A stretch of 64,000 bases of DNA, from IMG/VR virus record IMGVR_UViG_3300029784_000281; one strand, written 5' to 3'. The position numbers and the translations under genes are program-made. This document shows, in pieces, positions 41,250 to 51,141 of the stretch. Under the pieces are notes generated by a model. That model saw only the letters and a program-made list of their open reading frames with translations. It searched no databases and was not told the origin of the DNA. How positions within the stretch are numbered: position 1 is the first letter of the stretch; the number at the start of each line of letters is the position of its first letter. This DNA comes from a virus.

Positions 41250-43941
41250 GCTTGTTTCTCCATTTTGGAGTATAATATACGGATATGACGGATATCGACT
41301 TTTTCCTTGTCAGATTAGCGGTGACCAGAATCCTGAAATATTTGAATGGTGTTCCGCATATTCTAGAAAGATACGGGCCAATAACGCTTCCGACGGGAAA
41401 ATAAAAGATCCCGTCGGTACTAGCGTACAAGACAAATGATATATCGGTCTTGTTGAAAACTCCCCTACAAACAATATTATTGACAGTCTTTAGCATGTCA
41501 TCCCCCAATTTAATCGGCCTTGTAAGGATAATTCCCTTTTTATTGTCGTTGCTGTCGTTATCTACTTTTGAGGATAGATCTATTATTTTGCTATTGGTTG
41601 ATTGTAAAAAGGTCGATGGATAATCTGGAACAGCGTATTTATACGCCGATGATATCGTGCCCCATGTCCCTTGGTTAATGGAATAGACATATGCGTATAC
41701 CTTATCAGGATTTATTACCATTATTCTCCCGTTCGGATAATCATAGGCCATAAATGCGTCCTTTATGTAATCTTTAAAAGGTGTCATCTGATTTATCTCT
41801 CCTGATAGAAGCTCTTTTGTGGCTATCTCTGACAGGGATTTGATAGAAGCGATATCTAGGCTTGGGCCATCGAGGATCGAGGATATAAGCGTGGTATCTC
41901 CTCCTGATACTATCATAATGCCTTTCTCGGACGTGAAAGCGACCGCCCCGTCAAGCTGTGTAATAGATCCGGGGTTTGAGCATACGTCTCTGCTCATAGG
42001 TTGTTTGGTTGAGTATGTACCATCGGAGGATACTTCCATAGCCCAAATACCATCGGTAGAGAATACCAATAACGGGAATTGTCCGAATTGTCCGGTGGAT
42101 ATAGGTCTTGTCGTGGAAGTTATCCCAAGGATTTTACCTACCCCAACGGTATTTATCCCTTTCAATGGAAAATAAAAGGGATTATTGACCTCGGAGGTAT
42201 ATAGTTTGTTGGGTTGGATGATTGACTTGTCCTCGGTCTCGATTGAATTATTATAAAATCCAAAAGAAAGGTCGTTAAACGGCCTTGCGTAATATGCGCC
42301 ATTGAGCAAGGAATGCGGAGATAAGAAAACCTCCTCGGTATCGATTGCGCTACCTCTTTCAATAACCATACGATATGCGTCAGTATCGGGATAATATAGG
42401 TAATATATATGCCCATCTAATGGTATATTGGTCTGCGATTTTACGACTATTTCTTTCCCCTCTTTCTTGATATGCGTATATACGGAGAAAGAATTGGCCG
42501 CCGTGTTGGAATAGCATACCATACTGTCTAGAGGATATCCGTCAAATAGTGTCGCTTTTACTCCGGCTATATTGAGCCTTGAATTGTACGGGTAGATAAA
42601 AGATGGCAATAAGGAATGGTTGCCGATATAAGTGTCATCCAGTCTTTCTCTTGTCTCTAGATTCTCCCAATCCCCTACAATGATAGCCTCTCTCTCCCCA
42701 TAGGTTATATTGTCTATATTTATTGAATCTATTTTATAGAAAAGAGAGATAGAGGAAATATCGTCTATTGCGTTATCCTTGCGTGGCAGTTCCAATATAA
42801 GATCATTCTCAAATATATCCGGTGTGTCTGAATATGCGTTTTGATACGCTTCCTTGAAATTAAGTTTCCCGTATTTATTGTCTGTCGGTCTTTTTACTAT
42901 GCCCCAAAAAGAATAAGGAAGCTGTGTGTTATTTAATGATTTTATGTTGTCGATACTACCAGATTGGTCGAATGTGTATATCGGCGCAGATATAAATATA
43001 TCAATAGACTTGATGATATCGTTCCATGACGCTAGACTAGAGGATGGTTCGGATATAAACCTGTCTAATCCTCCGGTAATCGACAATACACGTCCTTTAA
43101 TAGTGTGTATTGCTAACGTCTCCATCTCCTCTTCTCTATCTGTCCCGGGATGTACGATGACGGTGTCTGTTGAGGCTTCGTATGTAATGGCGGCCATTGG
43201 AGCCATGTCCGATGATGGTATCATTAAAATAGGAGCTGAATGCATGGTATAATTCCCATCATACAACCTATATGCGTATCGTACAAAGAAGGGGAATATA
43301 AACGAGCTATTGCTCCTTGATTTGTTGTTGATAAATTCTATGGCTCTAGCCATTACCGTATCAGTTATAGCTCTTTTATTGTTATCGGTTAAATTGTTTA
43401 AGACATCGATGACAGCTATTTTATCCGGTAACTCAATAGAGAATAAATCAGATCTAGCGACATTCCCTCTTAATCCAAATGATATTGACAGGAAGGGAGG
43501 CTTCTCGCCAAGGTATTGATATCCATCGTCTTTTAACAAGATATATGACATTCTCTTGTCCGTAAGGATGATCAATGTATTCCCTATGCTGGTGATCTTT
43601 TCCCATCTTTCTTCGCCTTGAAGCGTGTAATCAATGGGGACTTCTTCCCTTTCAGAGGCGTCAGACAGCTCAAACCCTATCAGATGATCGCTTTTTGAGC
43701 AGATAAATATTTTTCTGGAAGATGTATTATGGACAAATAGCAAGTTCTCATCTGTATTTAGAGTTAGGAATGGTTCTGGGAATGTCACCGCTCTCATGCT
43801 TCCGTTCTCGGATATCAAGTTTAAGGATATATCCAAGTCTCCATCGTTACAATCAAGGTTCGATGTATTGGCGGATAAGCCTGTTAATCTGATATTGCTC
43901 TCTTCCATGTTTTTTGAGGTAAAATTATCGCCGGATATCAT
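41242..43941 (-). CDS. large hypothetical protein (899 aa), possibly a structural or tail-associated component
   Basis: Long uninterrupted ORF convergent with the plus-strand block. Rich in Ser/Thr/Asn/Tyr. No recognisable motif. Confidence 0.65.
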   Translation of the reverse strand: MISGDNFTSKNMEESNIRLTGLSANTSNLDCNDGDLDISLNLISENGSMRAVTFPEPFLTLNTDENLLFVHNTSSRKIFICSKSDHLIGFELSDASEREEVPIDYTLQGEERWEKITSIGNTLIILTDKRMSYILLKDDGYQYLGEKPPFLSISFGLRGNVARSDLFSIELPDKIAVIDVLNNLTDNNKRAITDTVMARAIEFINNKSRSNSSFIFPFFVRYAYRLYDGNYTMHSAPILMIPSSDMAPMAAITYEASTDTVIVHPGTDREEEMETLAIHTIKGRVLSITGGLDRFISEPSSSLASWNDIIKSIDIFISAPIYTFDQSGSIDNIKSLNNTQLPYSFWGIVKRPTDNKYGKLNFKEAYQNAYSDTPDIFENDLILELPRKDNAIDDISSISLFYKIDSINIDNITYGEREAIIVGDWENLETRERLDDTYIGNHSLLPSFIYPYNSRLNIAGVKATLFDGYPLDSMVCYSNTAANSFSVYTHIKKEGKEIVVKSQTNIPLDGHIYYLYYPDTDAYRMVIERGSAIDTEEVFLSPHSLLNGAYYARPFNDLSFGFYNNSIETEDKSIIQPNKLYTSEVNNPFYFPLKGINTVGVGKILGITSTTRPISTGQFGQFPLLVFSTDGIWAMEVSSDGTYSTKQPMSRDVCSNPGSITQLDGAVAFTSEKGIMIVSGGDTTLISSILDGPSLDIASIKSLSEIATKELLSGEINQMTPFKDYIKDAFMAYDYPNGRIMVINPDKVYAYVYSINQGTWGTISSAYKYAVPDYPSTFLQSTNSKIIDLSSKVDNDSNDNKKGIILTRPIKLGDDMLKTVNNIVCRGVFNKTDISFVLYASTDGIFYFPVGSVIGPYLSRICGTPFKYFRILVTANLTRKKSISVISVYYTPKWRNKPR

Positions 43942-43974
43942 AAATCCAGCGATAAAACTTGTTTGATAACAAGG

Positions 43975-44331
43975 TTATTGATCTGGCTCGATGATCCGTC
44001 TTGTTATAATTGGAGTCCTCTCATTCTCCGTTGCTCCAAGCCTGAAAGACAAAGAAGGCTTGAACAAGTCTTTCCCTTTTATATCGGGAAGCCTATAGAC
44101 ATTATTGGTCACGTTTGAGCAATGGAAACGATAGTGGTTCCCTTTGACAGAGAATGGACGTATACCATCAGGATCTTTTTGGATATAGAGGTTCCCGTTA
44201 TCATCTATGACGAATGATATGGAATCGTAGTTGCGCAAACCTATTATTTTTGCGGCAGGGCTTAATATCTCAATTAGCCCGCTCTTATGAAACCTTATGT
44301 GAGGCTTTACCAATCTTGTTATTATTCGCAT
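43975..44331 (-). CDS. hypothetical protein
   Basis: 118-aa ORF in the leftward small-gene block. Confidence 0.45.
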   Translation of the reverse strand: MRIITRLVKPHIRFHKSGLIEILSPAAKIIGLRNYDSISFVIDDNGNLYIQKDPDGIRPFSVKGNHYRFHCSNVTNNVYRLPDIKGKDLFKPSLSFRLGATENERTPIITRRIIEPDQ

Positions 44332-44669
44332 ATCTCGAAATATTTAATTCCATTTGTTTCTTTCTCTCTTACTTTTAATATCCTAGAACCATGAATATTT
44401 ATACCGGTAATAGCGATGAAGTACTCAAGTGAAGGAACCGTGAAAAAAAATATTCCGGGGGTGTCTCTTTCCCCTGTGCGTTCGACCATGTTACATTGTG
44501 TCTTGAATGTCTCAGATGGGGTCCTTTTTATTATGGCGAACTTGTCGCTTCCCTTTAGCTTAACAATTTGGATAAAAGCGGGATGCCCCTTCTTGAAATT
44601 CATCTTTTTGAATAATTTTCTGCCTATTTTGGCGAACTGATTCTTTTTATTGTAAATCTCGATATACAT
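44322..44669 (-). CDS. hypothetical protein
   Basis: 115-aa ORF with a 10-nt overlap with its neighbour. Confidence 0.45.
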   Translation of the reverse strand: MYIEIYNKKNQFAKIGRKLFKKMNFKKGHPAFIQIVKLKGSDKFAIIKRTPSETFKTQCNMVERTGERDTPGIFFFTVPSLEYFIAITGINIHGSRILKVREKETNGIKYFEICE

Positions 44670-44694
44670 GGTTTTATATTTAATCGTTTAACAT

Positions 44695-45126
44695 TTATAC
44701 TTGCTTGGCACTTGATGTGCCTGTTATGATATCTCTGAAATTAGGCAACTGCAAATAGAACGAGAATCTGCTTAACGGTCTCCATCGTTCAAGCAATGAT
44801 CGGTTACACTCATTCCATCCATCTTTTCCGAAGCGGATATCCAAGGCATTAGTTATCTTACGCACGATAGACTGGATGTATGGTACATTTGCCCTGTTCC
44901 CAATGGAAGGGGTATAAATACATATTTTGTATATCCCTCCATTAATACAATCCCAGCTTCCCCTATAAAAAGTGATATGGGCTTTGTCTAGTATTGCCTC
45001 GTCTGACAAGCTTATAAATCCGTTGTAACATCCGACATACCTAGCTTCGAATACTTTTAACCCAGTGGACGAGCGAAGAAGCTTTTTCAATTCTCTCTCG
45101 TCCCGGACAATTTGGCTTATTCCCAT
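44695..45126 (-). CDS. hypothetical protein
   Basis: 143-aa ORF. Confidence 0.45.
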   Translation of the reverse strand: MGISQIVRDERELKKLLRSSTGLKVFEARYVGCYNGFISLSDEAILDKAHITFYRGSWDCINGGIYKICIYTPSIGNRANVPYIQSIVRKITNALDIRFGKDGWNECNRSLLERWRPLSRFSFYLQLPNFRDIITGTSSAKQV

Positions 45127-45137
45127 AAATAGCTATT

Positions 45138-45593
45138 TTAATTGTCGACTTTCCGTATTACTAAAGAGTTGAACGTGTTCAACTGATATTTAAGACCATT
45201 AGATAGATCCTCGCACATGTAGCATTGCTGATCGTTGGAATAATATACCTTGAAATCATGGGCCATGGCATTGATACGTATGATATCGTTCTCCATGACA
45301 TCGTCCCCATCCTCGTATTTCCTTCCGGTAGGGTGTGATCGTCTTGCCATTATCAATGTAAGAGATACTGGGGCGTCTTCCCACGTTAAGTATCTACCTG
45401 TTAACATATATATACTGCCTTTTGGAAGTACGATCGCCGAATTGTGATCCTCAACAGAGAAATAGTTCTCATCATGCGCCGATCTCTCGTCCGTCCATAC
45501 CCCTCCTAGCCGCACGGGGAAGTTATCAAGGATAACCTCGTCACCATTCTCGTTTACGGCCAAGAACACTATTGTCTGCTTGCCTAACTTCAT
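45138..45593 (-). CDS. hypothetical protein
   Basis: 151-aa ORF. Confidence 0.45.
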   Translation of the reverse strand: MKLGKQTIVFLAVNENGDEVILDNFPVRLGGVWTDERSAHDENYFSVEDHNSAIVLPKGSIYMLTGRYLTWEDAPVSLTLIMARRSHPTGRKYEDGDDVMENDIIRINAMAHDFKVYYSNDQQCYMCEDLSNGLKYQLNTFNSLVIRKVDN

Positions 45594-45599
45594 GACATA

Positions 45600-45785
45600 T
45601 TAGTCATTAAGGAGTGAATGCTCTAATTTCGTAACCAATGACACATTGCAGATAGCTCTTTGTCTCTGCCACTCAAGAAACTTATTTTGTAATTCCTCGT
45701 TTCCCGAGTCAGATATTAATCTGAGCAGTTCAGATTCTATTTTGCTAAGTTTTTCAACTTCGATTTGATGATTACTTTTACTCAT
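45600..45785 (-). CDS. hypothetical small protein
   Basis: 61 aa, tightly packed. Confidence 0.35.
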   Translation of the reverse strand: MSKSNHQIEVEKLSKIESELLRLISDSGNEELQNKFLEWQRQRAICNVSLVTKLEHSLLND

Positions 45786-45791
45786 GATTTC

Positions 45792-46070
45792 TTACGGTTT
45801 AGCTACTAATTTCAATCTATATCCTAAGTATTTCGTTTTCTCATCCTTATCTATCAGATGAGAGTACAATTCATCCATTATGATATAAAATATCACTTTG
45901 GGCAAAGGCTTTTGAAGGTAATTTGCGAAGTCTTCAAACAATAAATGTTTTGGGGTTACTTCTTCTATTTCTTCAAAACATTCATGCAATGGCTTAAATG
46001 ATAAGCCATGTTTTTGGGGATTTGTCAACAGTTCCTTGTAGGCATTGACTGTTTCTGGAGATAATACCAT
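45792..46070 (-). CDS. hypothetical small protein
   Basis: 92 aa. Confidence 0.4.
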   Translation of the reverse strand: MVLSPETVNAYKELLTNPQKHGLSFKPLHECFEEIEEVTPKHLLFEDFANYLQKPLPKVIFYIIMDELYSHLIDKDEKTKYLGYRLKLVAKP

Positions 46071-46084
46071 AAATTCATTATTCT

Positions 46085-46300
46085 TTAATTATGAGCCTTT
46101 TCGTTATTATTTTCAGTCAATTCAATAAAATCATCGCTTGTCAAAAATAAACGATGATTTATACCAATCGCTCTGTAAAAGTCTCCACTTCCGATGTGTT
46201 TCCCCATAAATTCAACTTCAACGATCATCCCATTCACTAAGCCATCGTCATGATGATACTTATTATCTGTTTTAATTTGCACTTTGATTGTTCTATTCAT
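46085..46300 (-). CDS. hypothetical small protein
   Basis: 71 aa. Confidence 0.35.
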   Translation of the reverse strand: MNRTIKVQIKTDNKYHHDDGLVNGMIVEVEFMGKHIGSGDFYRAIGINHRLFLTSDDFIELTENNNEKAHN

Positions 46301-46518
46301 GATTTCTTAGATTTGAATGACTCATTAAGTATCTTGATCGCCAATAGCGGATCTTTATCCGTTAAAGTGTTCCATACTTTTATTTCGGGTTTCACCCTAG
46401 AATAATGATGTAGCACTATATTGTTGGCTTTGTCGACTCTTCCGGTTCCATATATCCATAACATCCCGGGATATAACTGGAAGTTTTTCATTATCTTCTT
46501 GGCTTGTCTTAATCTCAT
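46297..46518 (-). CDS. hypothetical small protein
   Basis: 73 aa, 4-nt overlap. Confidence 0.35.
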   Translation of the reverse strand: MRLRQAKKIMKNFQLYPGMLWIYGTGRVDKANNIVLHHYSRVKPEIKVWNTLTDKDPLLAIKILNESFKSKKS

Positions 46519-46534
46519 GATTTCAATTTATTTA

Positions 46535-46756
46535 TTATTTAATGATTATATAGTCCCCGCAATCTTCAATATACTTTATTCCGGCACTATCAAGAGTATT
46601 CTCTATGTCCACTTGGCACAGGCAAGATTCCGGTATGATATTGTCATACCCTTCCGCTGGGATCATTTTCGTGATTTGCGGGAAATGATCCTCTAATTGT
46701 TTAGGGGATTGTATTTCTACATCCCCGTCGTAAATAAGTACGCACATAACTGTCAT
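46535..46756 (-). CDS. hypothetical small acidic protein
   Basis: 73 aa. Confidence 0.35.
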   Translation of the reverse strand: MTVMCVLIYDGDVEIQSPKQLEDHFPQITKMIPAEGYDNIIPESCLCQVDIENTLDSAGIKYIEDCGDYIIIK

Positions 46757-47001
46757 CCAAATATGTAATATTTCCCGGCCTCATAAACCATTTTTGTAGA
46801 AGGATCATCCAGATCGCTATCCTCCAAATCACTTTTTGGAATACACTCATCCCATAAGATGTTATAGAACATATCTTCTGAATTTTTTTCTAATGCGCAT
46901 TGCTTGCGTAAACAAAAATCCTCTCCCCAAATGGCGACATCTTGCTGTTGCTCTTCCTGTGTCATACTGGAGATCTTATCACTTAATTCTTTCCAAGTCA
47001 T
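46753..47001 (-). CDS. hypothetical small acidic protein
   Basis: 82 aa, 4-nt overlap. Confidence 0.35.
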   Translation of the reverse strand: MTWKELSDKISSMTQEEQQQDVAIWGEDFCLRKQCALEKNSEDMFYNILWDECIPKSDLEDSDLDDPSTKMVYEAGKYYIFG

Positions 47002-47006
47002 ATCTT

Positions 47007-47369
47007 TTAAATTATGGGCCTTCCCATGAAGGCTCGGTTAATACTATTCCTCAGATCGAGTATAGGCATCCAATGGGTAACACAAATTTTATCACCATTA
47101 GTATCATACCATTCATTACATTCTCTGCAATACCAACCCTGTTGTAAGTATTTAAAATAATCAGTACACCAGCAGCCAGTTATTACCAGATCTTCATCAT
47201 CAGGTAACTTATCTTTTGTGCTTATCCACGGTAATTGCTTTGCCTGCCATTCGGCACCTGCTATAAATCCCTGATAATACGCCGGGAATGCACTACCGCT
47301 ACTCCTGCTTTCAGCGAAGAGATGAGCCGCTTCTTCTACTGTATGTCTCATATCAATATCTCTTTCCAT
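47007..47369 (-). CDS. hypothetical Cys/Trp-rich protein
   Basis: 120-aa ORF, the last gene of this leftward sub-block. Confidence 0.45.
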   Translation of the reverse strand: MERDIDMRHTVEEAAHLFAESRSSGSAFPAYYQGFIAGAEWQAKQLPWISTKDKLPDDEDLVITGCWCTDYFKYLQQGWYCRECNEWYDTNGDKICVTHWMPILDLRNSINRAFMGRPII

Positions 47370-47525
47370 GATTTTAAATAATATTTAAATATTGCTAACC
47401 ACACATTGTTAGTACACGGTAAACCTGTATATTTGCGTTGCGTTTGGTTGGAACATTAACACCTCCAATCTGGTGAACTGTCATTCACCTCCTTGTCCTA
47501 TCTCCCTTGTCCGAGAAAAGACACA

Positions 47526-47557
47526 AGCCCATTGTCCTGTAACTTTGGGCTTTTTTA
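47526..47557 (+). terminator. intrinsic terminator on the plus strand inside a minus-strand region
   Basis: AGCCCAttgtcctgtaacttTGGGCT followed by TTTTTT. Confidence 0.5.
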
Positions 47558-47632
47558 GTTTCGCTTGACAGGGCGTAGCTAAATATAGCTTGACGATGCA
47601 GGTCGTCAGGCAAATCGGAAAGGAGGTGTTTA

Positions 47633-47689
47633 ATGTGGAAGACCAAACGCGCGAAGACAGCAAGACTCGTATTTTCTGTCGCTACATAG
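47633..47689 (+). CDS. 18-codon mini-ORF with a perfect Shine-Dalgarno sequence (possible leader peptide or part of a small RNA)
   Basis: ggaaAGGAGGTgtttaATG then 18 codons (MWKTKRAKTARLVFSVAT). Preceded by TTGACA-like hexamers and followed by a terminator. Confidence 0.25.
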   Translation: MWKTKRAKTARLVFSVAT

Positions 47690-47775
47690 TAAAGAATGGT
47701 AAGAGAATCTATCCTAAGACCTCTCGTTACTTCTCTTTCTTGGTGAGCGATAAAAAGTAAGCCTAGCTGTTTTTT

Positions 47776-47806
47776 AGGAGATGTGCAGGCATCTCCTTCC
47801 TTTATT
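47776..47806 (+). terminator. intrinsic terminator on the plus strand
   Basis: AGGAGATGtgcaggCATCTCCT perfect 8-bp stem followed by tcctttatt. Confidence 0.5.
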
Positions 47807-47823
47807 AGTCTATAAGCGTTACC

Positions 47824-48018
47824 TTAATCATTTGATCCTCCTTTCCTCAATTCCTCTATCAGTGCATCGGCAAAAGCTACGGCATATTCTGCTTGTGTTT
47901 TAAAAGTGCCTTCATAGACTTCTCTGCTTGAATTACTAAGAAACGCTGCCATCATTTCTTTTGCAATCTCATATCTACGATATTCCCAATCGATGGTATT
48001 ATATGTTGCTTTCATCAT
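47824..48018 (-). CDS. small protein (64 aa) homologous to the C-terminal half of the 49929-50273 product
   Basis: RYEIAKEMMAAFLSNSSREVYEGTFKTQAEYAVAFADALIEELRKGG is nearly identical to the paralogue. The underlying DNA is about 95% identical over 120 nt. Confidence 0.45.
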   Translation of the reverse strand: MMKATYNTIDWEYRRYEIAKEMMAAFLSNSSREVYEGTFKTQAEYAVAFADALIEELRKGGSND

Positions 48019-48481
48019 TACCTCCTTTCAGCAATTCGGGATTGTCATACACTGAGCCTATAATACTTCCTTGGCACACCTCCGAATCCAGCAATTCGCA
48101 TGGATTAACCCCATCTAGGGATATGCACCATCCTGTATGTTCGTAGATGTCAATCACTTTGAAAAATTCTCTTTTCTCTTCATATTTCCATGTTGAGAAT
48201 ATAACGGCATAAATACGTCCGCTTGGAGCTTTTATTAAATCCCCCTCGTAAATCTCCTTTCCGTTCTTGTCTTTTAGGCCTGTGAACTGGCCTACGGTGT
48301 CTTTATGAATGTAATCCCATTCCATAAAAAACGGAGAGGCAGAGCCTTCATTGAATACTCCTTCATTTTTTATGATTATCATATTTTGCATTTCTGTCTC
48401 TAAATTCTTTAGTGTCGTAAGCATACCATGTACCCATTTCCCGCTTGTCGTACTTTTTCCTCTGAATTTAATCTCACGCAT
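47999..48481 (-). CDS. YopX family phage protein
   Basis: MREIKFRGKS...GKWVHG...TGLKDKNGKEIYEGDLI...IIGSVYDNPELL is the hallmark YopX pattern. Confidence 0.8.
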   Translation of the reverse strand: MREIKFRGKSTTSGKWVHGMLTTLKNLETEMQNMIIIKNEGVFNEGSASPFFMEWDYIHKDTVGQFTGLKDKNGKEIYEGDLIKAPSGRIYAVIFSTWKYEEKREFFKVIDIYEHTGWCISLDGVNPCELLDSEVCQGSIIGSVYDNPELLKGGNDESNI

Positions 48482-49106
48482 TTTGTACTCCTTTCTTTAA
48501 AATATCCTCACAAGCTCTACTATCGCATCTTACCAGTTTTTGATGGAAGGCGCACCAAGCTTCCCCGTTTGCGTCTTCATCCTCGATAAGTAGGCAATCG
48601 CCGCATTTAACCGATAGGTATTTCTTGTCAAGGCATCCTTCCTTGATAAGCCATTCGATAGTCTCTATCAATGCTTCAATCGGATCATCATATCTATGTG
48701 ATGTATAGTTTACCCCGTATTCAATGCTGTATTGATGATCCTTCACCTTATTATCGGCATTATATGTTTTAGCGTTTAATCCTGCGCATAAATAAAGCGT
48801 ACCTAATCTATCAATAGCTGGAGGCATCATGTCTATCAGCTTGGATAGAGACCAAGCGGGGCAATCGTCTTGGTATGAACGATCGTAATACTGGCTATCT
48901 CTAAGAAGTATAGTTTCTGTCAAAGTGTATGTCTCTCCGTATACATTATAGAAAAACTTTCCTTTTTCGTCTTTACGGATATCCTCCCATGGTGCTATAT
49001 TACTTTCATCGTCAACATATAGTAAAACCATGTCTGCCGTCTCCGGTCTCACCCCGGCCTCTAATAGCCGGGATGATTGTTCTTTATTCGTGCAAATTTG
49101 ATTCAT
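48474..49106 (-). CDS. hypothetical protein
   Basis: 210-aa ORF. Confidence 0.5.
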   Translation of the reverse strand: MNQICTNKEQSSRLLEAGVRPETADMVLLYVDDESNIAPWEDIRKDEKGKFFYNVYGETYTLTETILLRDSQYYDRSYQDDCPAWSLSKLIDMMPPAIDRLGTLYLCAGLNAKTYNADNKVKDHQYSIEYGVNYTSHRYDDPIEALIETIEWLIKEGCLDKKYLSVKCGDCLLIEDEDANGEAWCAFHQKLVRCDSRACEDILKKGVQNA

Positions 49107-49282
49107 GATTTCTATTTATTAGCAAAATTTTAAATTCCATCTTTCCCCATTAAGATTAGGGATATACCTTAATATCTCATCTTCAAGTTCCTCCTCTGAT
49201 AACAGGGGAATTCTATGGTTGTACATTATATTCCCCATATATTTGCCTTCGCTATACACATGGATGGTTTTCATTATTTTCT

Positions 49283-49807
49283 TCATGCTTTATCCTCCTT
49301 CTTGTTGATCGCCTCATGAAGCGAATTATACACCCGGGCGAATATTTTTCTTTGCTCTTTGTCTTTTAATGAGTCGGCGAACTTGTGCATGACCATCTTC
49401 TTCTTGTTATCCCAGATTATCCGTGCCTTATCCACGCCGTCAACAAACAATATATGCGGATATTTACCCCATTGTATCAATATGCCATTATCGATAAGAT
49501 CTGTAATCTCCTTTGGCATTAGCTCTTTACTACGGGCCATGCCTATGAGCTTACCTTCCTCTCGCTCTATGGCCGACTTGGTTTTGTCTATCTCCTTTTG
49601 GAGATTAGATATAGCGTTGTTCTGCCTGTCCCATCTTCGCATAGTGGCCGGGCCGTTCCTCTTATCGTTAAGAGGTTGCCCGTTAGCGGAGGCTACGTCA
49701 TCGAAGTGGTCGTTGATTTTTTTGTTGAATTTATCCTCTTTCTTTTTAAGAGAGGATTTTAGTATCTTTAGTCTACTCATATCTATCCCTCCTGAATAAT
49801 TACGCAT
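49283..49807 (-). CDS. hypothetical basic coiled-coil protein
   Basis: 174-aa ORF. Confidence 0.5.
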   Translation of the reverse strand: MRNYSGGIDMSRLKILKSSLKKKEDKFNKKINDHFDDVASANGQPLNDKRNGPATMRRWDRQNNAISNLQKEIDKTKSAIEREEGKLIGMARSKELMPKEITDLIDNGILIQWGKYPHILFVDGVDKARIIWDNKKKMVMHKFADSLKDKEQRKIFARVYNSLHEAINKKEDKA

Positions 49808-49928
49808 TCTATCTCTTCGTCATACGTCACATCCACCGGATCGTACTCATACTCTCCATCGGACGTGCGTATCATTACCTCCGCTTCCGGATCTTGCTCT
49901 TGGAGAAGAGCTATTAGTTCTTTATTTC

Positions 49929-50273
49929 TCATGATTCACCTCCTTCCTTCAATTTAGCTATGAGCGCATCGGCAAAAGCTACGGCATATTCTGCTTGTGT
50001 TTTAAAAGCGCCTTCATAGACTTCTCTGCTTGAATTACTAAGAAACGCTGCCATCATTTCTTTTGCAATCTCATATCTGCGTTGTTCCCAATCAACGGCT
50101 TTATTCTCCGTCTTATCTATAACTTCTAGATCCTCTAGAGCGTTGAGTTCCTGTATGAGATCAAGCCCCTCGGAATCCACATAGCGCACCCAATCCTTTT
50201 CAGGACAGGCTTCGGAAGATTTGAAGGCGATAACATCAACGATCTCCCCAGTCTTTCTTATTCTCGCTTTCAT
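49929..50273 (-). CDS. hypothetical protein whose C-terminal domain is duplicated at 47824-48018
   Basis: 114 aa. The C-terminal 50 aa are nearly identical to the 64-aa paralogue. Confidence 0.5.
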   Translation of the reverse strand: MKARIRKTGEIVDVIAFKSSEACPEKDWVRYVDSEGLDLIQELNALEDLEVIDKTENKAVDWEQRRYEIAKEMMAAFLSNSSREVYEGAFKTQAEYAVAFADALIAKLKEGGES

Positions 50274-50274
50274 G

Positions 50275-51102
50275 TCAAAACAATGTTTTCTCTAAATCAT
50301 AATTAATCCAAATCACCTCCTGTACCTCACTGCTCCGGATGTTATTCTTCTTGACCGGGAACTTTATCATGTTCCAATCCCCGTACAACTCCCGCATTAA
50401 CGGACAGTCATAACTACTTATCATTGCCTTGCCTTTGATCGAATGCAAACGATCGGAAAGCTCACGATGCTTATCGTCAGAGAACTCGTACTTGTAATCA
50501 TTCGAAGAGGCCCGGCACTCAAGCGGATAGGGTGGGTCGGCGTAGAAGAAAGCGTTTGGGAAATCAAGCCGATCAATGCAATCCTTATAGTTCAGATTGG
50601 TGATCTGGAAATTGCCCCTGATCACCTCTGCGACCTCATGCAGTTTCTCTATCGCATTGTTCCATCGGGATACGGTCTCACCACCTCTAGCGTTAACATG
50701 GCTCTTGGCGCAATGCCATCCCTTGTTTTTTCGTTGCGCTCCCAGCCCGAAGAATGATTGCCGGATACGGACGTAAAACCTCCTTGCACGCTCTATCTTA
50801 TCCCCGGAAGGTTCCCATGAGTTATTATACTCCAGTTCAGAGCATGGGGTTAACAGCAATAACCTTGTCAACTCCGGCTCATGATCCCTTAATACCTCGA
50901 AGAAGTTGGTTATATCCCCGTTTATCTCGTTTGCTGTCTTAATGATCCTTCCCGGATAATTGAGAGAAACGGCCATGCTTCCGGCGAACAGATCGACCAG
51001 ATGGGTGAAATCTCTTGGAAAGTTGGCGTACAAATACTCTAACCAAGTGAATTTACCTCCAAAGTAATTGAAGGCTATAAGTTTATTTCTGTTTCCGCTC
51101 AT
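50275..51102 (-). CDS. N6-adenine DNA methyltransferase, Dam-like (D12 class)
   Basis: FNYFGGK (a KWAGGK-like SAM motif) and FFYADPPYPLE (DPPY catalytic motif). Confidence 0.8.
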   Translation of the reverse strand: MSGNRNKLIAFNYFGGKFTWLEYLYANFPRDFTHLVDLFAGSMAVSLNYPGRIIKTANEINGDITNFFEVLRDHEPELTRLLLLTPCSELEYNNSWEPSGDKIERARRFYVRIRQSFFGLGAQRKNKGWHCAKSHVNARGGETVSRWNNAIEKLHEVAEVIRGNFQITNLNYKDCIDRLDFPNAFFYADPPYPLECRASSNDYKYEFSDDKHRELSDRLHSIKGKAMISSYDCPLMRELYGDWNMIKFPVKKNNIRSSEVQEVIWINYDLEKTLF

Positions 51103-51141
51103 GATTATTTGATCTTGATTACTCTCATCATAGATGAATGA

